From positions 1 through 10,093 of the forward strand of contig JAYVCD010000044.1 in the NCBI GenBank assembly GCA_043750125.1: 10,093 nt of DNA, in the 5' to 3' direction. A model generated the notes under the pieces. It saw only the letters and a list, made by a program, of their open reading frames with translations, did no database searches and was not told the DNA's origin. A program made the position numbers and the translations under genes. Source of the DNA: Archangiaceae bacterium (GTDB taxonomy: Bacteria; Myxococcota; Myxococcia; Myxococcales; Myxococcaceae). Below are positions 7,117 through 10,093 of the stretch, one piece after another (position 1 is the stretch's first letter; the number at the start of each line of letters is the position of its first letter).

Positions 7117-7679
7117 GACCGCGCTCCTTTCTTCGACGCGCGAGCAGCGAAGCGGGCTGCGAGGAGTTTCGTTCGCTGCTCCATCAGTTCAATCGCGGGC
7201 TCATCGGCGAGCAACCCGTCCAGCGCGAGGAGAAAGACCTCGGCGCTCGCCTCGTCGCCCAGGACGGTGGCCACGCAGTTCCGCGCGACCTTGCGGTGGA
7301 GCGCCTCGCTCTCGGGATCGATTCGCTCGCAGGCCTCGAGGAACTCGCTCCCCATCGGCGCCCCCACCATCTCGGCCCAGGGCTCGAACACCATCAGACG
7401 GCAAACGCTGAGCAGGCGCTCGTAGGGACTGCCCGGACCTTTCGACACCTTCTTTGCTGCGGGGTGCCGGGAGACCAGCCAGTCCACGAAGACCGCCCGA
7501 TAGATGCCTTCCTTGTTCTCGAAGATCCGGTAGAGCAGCGTGCGCGAGAGCCGGGCGCGCTTGGCGATGTCCTCGAAGGACGTCTTCGCGAAGCCGAAGT
7601 TGAGGAAGCACCACCGCGCGGCGACGAGGACCCTTGCACGCCGAGCGGCCGATTCATCATCTGTCATCGTTGCTGGCAT
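7113..7679 (-). CDS. TetR/AcrR-family transcriptional regulator (~188 aa)
   Basis: RRARVLVAARWCFLNFGFAKTSFEDIAKRARLSRTLLYRIFENKEGIY is a TetR HTH. The start is ATG 7679 (alternative 7667). The stop overlaps the SDR ATG (ATGA). Confidence 0.93.
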   Translation of the reverse strand: MPATMTDDESAARRARVLVAARWCFLNFGFAKTSFEDIAKRARLSRTLLYRIFENKEGIYRAVFVDWLVSRHPAAKKVSKGPGSPYERLLSVCRLMVFEPWAEMVGAPMGSEFLEACERIDPESEALHRKVARNCVATVLGDEASAEVFLLALDGLLADEPAIELMEQRTKLLAARFAARASKKGARS

Positions 7680-7689
7680 GTGTGCGTTG

Positions 7690-7714
7690 TGACAACTAGA
7701 ACATTTATTGTCAA
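7690..7714 (-). promoter_or_regulatory. Probable TetR operator overlapping a TTGACA -35 box
   Basis: Inverted repeat TGACAA(7690-7695)-N12-TTGTCA(7708-7713) in an AT-rich patch 11 nt upstream of the ATG. Minus-strand TTGACA is at 7714-7709. Confidence 0.7.
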
Positions 7715-7737
7715 TACGTGCAACATGGAGCCAGCGC

Positions 7738-8961
7738 CTACTCGTCGGCGAACACCCTCGTCGTCGGAAGCGGCCCGCCAACGGATACCCAGTAGAAGCC
7801 GTCGGCAGCGCCCGCGAGCGGCTGGGGCGGCCCGGCGTCGGGCACCTCGACCAGGTCGAACGCTTCGCCGGTCGCGTCCCAGCGCCAGAACAGAAATTGC
7901 CGGTCGCGCGAGTAGATGACCCGGCTCGGCGTTTGCGCCCGGACACCGCCCTGGACGACAAACGCAGGAGGGCCGGCGAACCCGCCGCTCGCCACGGTCC
8001 AGCCGGCATCCCACTCGAGCGGCACCACGCTGAGCCCAGTTCCTTCGGTGAAGAAGGTGCTCAGTCCCCACGCTCCACTGCCCTTCGCCGCGATGATCGG
8101 CCCCAGAAGCAGGCTCGCACATTGCTGCACCGTGGGCTTTGCCTCGCAGTACGGCTTCTGCGCGGGGGATACGCTGAAGACTGTCTTCCCGTCGCGGCGC
8201 ATCAGGGCCACGAGGCTTTGTTGCGCGAGCGGGACATCTCCCGTCCCGAAGCGGGGCCCGAGGCTGCTGCAGGACGTTTGGCCCCACAAGCACTCGGCAA
8301 AGCCCGAATCGGTGGCGACCGAGAGCCCGGTCGAGTCGTTGTCCCAGCCCTCAATTTCAACCACCGCGGACAGGAGCGTTCCGGAATCGCTTCCAAGCTG
8401 CGCAGCGTTTACCCCGTAAACTCCGTTCGAGCGCGCCGCGAGCAGGGTCCCGTCGAGGCGGCGCATCCAGCGCAGCGTTCCGTCCTCGGTGAGCGGAACT
8501 GCGCCGTTGAAGAGCGCTCCATCGCAGGCCCACACGGTGTCTGTGAGGCGGTGGACCTCTTCGCAAAAGCGCGGCCAGCTCAACAGGGGGCTCTTCGCGT
8601 TCCGGGCGAAGTAGAGCGGCTTCGAAATCCGGTCCTGCGGCGCCGCCTCGTCCACCAGCGCGTACACCCCGCCGACATCTGCCTGGATCGACATTCCTCC
8701 ATCGGCCTCGAGAGTCACCTTCCCGCGGCCGACGGCATCCATCCGCGACAGACCGAAGGTATGGGCATCGACGCAGAACCGCGTCTCGCCTCGCACCACC
8801 CAGGACAACGGTACCGAATGCGCCAGGCCCGTGGTCAACACCGTGGCGCTGCTCACCTTGTCGAAGGCCGGGCACGTCTTGCTCCCTCCGTCCTCCGTGC
8901 CGGGAGGAGGAGTGCAGGCGCAGAGGAGCACCGCGCAGCTGATTAGGGTCCGACCCACCAT
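7738..8961 (-). CDS. Hypothetical lipoprotein (407 aa)
   Basis: Signal peptide with lipobox MVGRTLISCAVLLCA-C, then a Pro/Gly linker and a beta-rich body with several Cys. No family is recognisable. Confidence 0.75.
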   Translation of the reverse strand: MVGRTLISCAVLLCACTPPPGTEDGGSKTCPAFDKVSSATVLTTGLAHSVPLSWVVRGETRFCVDAHTFGLSRMDAVGRGKVTLEADGGMSIQADVGGVYALVDEAAPQDRISKPLYFARNAKSPLLSWPRFCEEVHRLTDTVWACDGALFNGAVPLTEDGTLRWMRRLDGTLLAARSNGVYGVNAAQLGSDSGTLLSAVVEIEGWDNDSTGLSVATDSGFAECLWGQTSCSSLGPRFGTGDVPLAQQSLVALMRRDGKTVFSVSPAQKPYCEAKPTVQQCASLLLGPIIAAKGSGAWGLSTFFTEGTGLSVVPLEWDAGWTVASGGFAGPPAFVVQGGVRAQTPSRVIYSRDRQFLFWRWDATGEAFDLVEVPDAGPPQPLAGAADGFYWVSVGGPLPTTRVFADE

Positions 8962-8966
8962 AGGTA

Positions 8967-9017
8967 TCCGATGCTAACGAAGGTGCCGTCGCCTTACGCA
9001 ATGTCAGCCAATGCCAA
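8967..9017 (-). pseudogene. 51-bp remnant homologous to the 3' part of the first lipoprotein gene (3970-4020)
   Basis: Ungapped 41/51 identity, including an exact 20-mer ACGCAATGTCAGCCAATGCC (3999-4018 = 8996-9015). It translates LALADIA*GDGTFVSIG versus WALADIAWGDGIFVVVG. Confidence 0.75.
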
Positions 9018-9042
9018 ATGTCGGCGCTCCACGTGTGCCGGC

Positions 9043-9108
9043 TGATGGCCGGGACCAGCGCCGTCCGACCGGCCATTCAGCGCCGTCCGACCGGCGGGAC
9101 AAAATGTG
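9043..9108 (+). repeat. Copy 3 of the 66-bp direct repeat element
   Basis: 65/66 identical to 5484-5549. The internal 18-mer occurs at 9056 and 9078. Confidence 0.95.
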
Positions 9109-9197
9109 GCTCCCGCGATGAACAACCGACGATGCAGCTTCGTCTGCCCGTGAGTCCGTCAGCATCTTGCTGCGGTCTCAATGGGGGTTGAAAACGA

Positions 9198-9869
9198 ATG
9201 CCTGAGTCCACCGAAGGTCAGTCCTCGACGATCAAGATGGTGGTCGACGCCGGCTTGAAGGCGCGCTGGGAAGTGAGCCGCGAGAAGATCGCCGTCGCGC
9301 AAAAGGGCGGCTCGGAAAGCTTCGTCGCACTCTGGAAGTCGGTGACGGAAGTCGTGGATTCCTCGCCGCCCCTCTACCTGGCCGCGGGCTTCGCAACGAT
9401 GAAGGCCTTCGTGGAGAGCTACTTGAAGGTGCCGGTACGGACCGCGACTCGCAGTATGCAAGTGGTCGGCGTCGCCTCGCGCGCCGAGGTCGAAAAGTAT
9501 GGAGTCGGCAGGCTGGAAGCGGCGCTGGGGCTGCTCACGAAAGACGCTGCGTCCTTCGACGAGCTGCGAGTGTCCGTTGAACGCGGTGGCAAGGCGAGCA
9601 AGGTCGACCTCGAGGAAGCGACCCTCGAGGAGATCCGGATCGCGGCTCGAAAGCAGCGCCCGAAGCGATCGTTGAAGAGCCGCAATACGACTGCTGTGTT
9701 GCTGACGAAAGCGCTGACTGACGGCAAGCTCAAAGGCGTCACCGTGACGGTCGGCAAGGCGGGGATCATGTTCCGCGGGCTGCAGGTCGAGAAGCTGCAA
9801 TCGCTGATCAGCATTCTCTCTCGCGTCAAGCTGCCGCCGAAGCAGGCGACTCTTCGCGTTGCTGCGTAG
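9198..9869 (+). CDS. Hypothetical basic protein, possibly DNA-binding (223 aa)
   Basis: Clean ORF with high GC3. It has a helical segment LYLAAGFATMKAFVESYLKVPVRTATRSMQVV and a Lys/Arg-rich C-terminal part. Alternative start is ATG 9237. Confidence 0.8.
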   Translation: MPESTEGQSSTIKMVVDAGLKARWEVSREKIAVAQKGGSESFVALWKSVTEVVDSSPPLYLAAGFATMKAFVESYLKVPVRTATRSMQVVGVASRAEVEKYGVGRLEAALGLLTKDAASFDELRVSVERGGKASKVDLEEATLEEIRIAARKQRPKRSLKSRNTTAVLLTKALTDGKLKGVTVTVGKAGIMFRGLQVEKLQSLISILSRVKLPPKQATLRVAA

Positions 9870-9898
9870 TTTTGTCTGCCCGTCGCATCCGTTTCGAC

Positions 9899-9930
9899 GA
9901 GGGCGTGCCGGCAGTTTGCGGCACGCCCTT
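9899..9930 (+). terminator. GC-rich hairpin downstream of the 9198-9869 gene (possible terminator)
   Basis: Perfect 11-bp stem AGGGCGTGCCG(9900-9910)/CGGCACGCCCT(9919-9929) with an 8-nt loop. It lacks a good U-tract. Confidence 0.5.
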
Positions 9931-9997
9931 AAACGTGCCCCCAGTCACCTGAGGCTAACGCCCACGGTTTCGCCGACGCAGCGCGTGGAGCGCCAGC

Positions 9998-10093
9998 TGA
10001 TCCGGGCGGCTTGAAAGTGATCCACCTGGCGGTCTGAAACTGATCCACCTCGCAACTGGGGACAGCTTGCCGGGCACAGCCCGGCGTGCGTTC
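9998..10093. mobile_element. Probable terminus of an IS21-family insertion sequence (runs off the window)
   Basis: Starts TG at 9998, followed by tandem 23-bp repeats GGCGGCTTGAAAGTGATCCACCT (10005-10027) and GGCGGTCTGAAACTGATCCACCT (10028-10050), 20/23 identical. GAAA(G/C)TGATCCAC-type tandem sites are characteristic of IS21 ends. No transposase is in the window. Confidence 0.75.

Noticed and set aside
7680-8009. Extended N-terminus of TetR in the 298-aa ORF call
   Set aside because: It overlaps the lipoprotein gene and the operator/-35 region. The HTH begins right after ATG 7679.
7708-8946. 412-aa plus-strand ORF and similar long antisense ORFs (2188-3144, 3374-4246, 9159-9800)
   Set aside because: They are Arg/Pro-rich shadow frames of real genes in high-GC DNA with no recognisable motifs.
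3970-9017. Diversity-generating retroelement TR/VR pair (3970-4020 vs 8967-9017)
   Set aside because: The 10 mismatches are not adenine-specific on either strand (at most 4 of 10 at A). The match is only 51 bp and no reverse transcriptase is in the window.
5037-9108. CRISPR array
   Set aside because: The repeats are 66 bp and separated by ~400 bp and ~3.5 kb. The internal 18-mers have only a 4-nt spacer, and there are no cas genes.

Overview
GC-rich bacterial window. The gene content suggests Myxococcota/deltaproteobacteria, but that is inference only. Left part: the 5' end of a KaiC-like ATPase gene and its translationally coupled upstream ORF (minus strand, no ATG/GTG/TTG start for the full frame, missed by the ORF track). 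These are divergent from an RsbRD-N-like histidine kinase whose ATP-binding boxes are degenerate. An ECF42-type sigma factor follows, convergent with a DGPF/YciI gene that carries a matching ECF42 promoter. Right part: an accessory-looking mosaic, mostly minus-strand, with two orphan lipoproteins, MarR-SRPBCC, and TetR plus an SDR with an in-frame internal deletion. It is punctuated by three same-orientation copies of a ~66-bp element that begins with TG and has internal 22-bp-period repeats. A 51-bp remnant of a lipoprotein paralogue sits next to the third copy. A basic hypothetical protein, a hairpin and a probable IS21-family terminus end the window. The most unusual structure is the repeat-delimited, cassette-like array (5037-9108) and the gene next to it.
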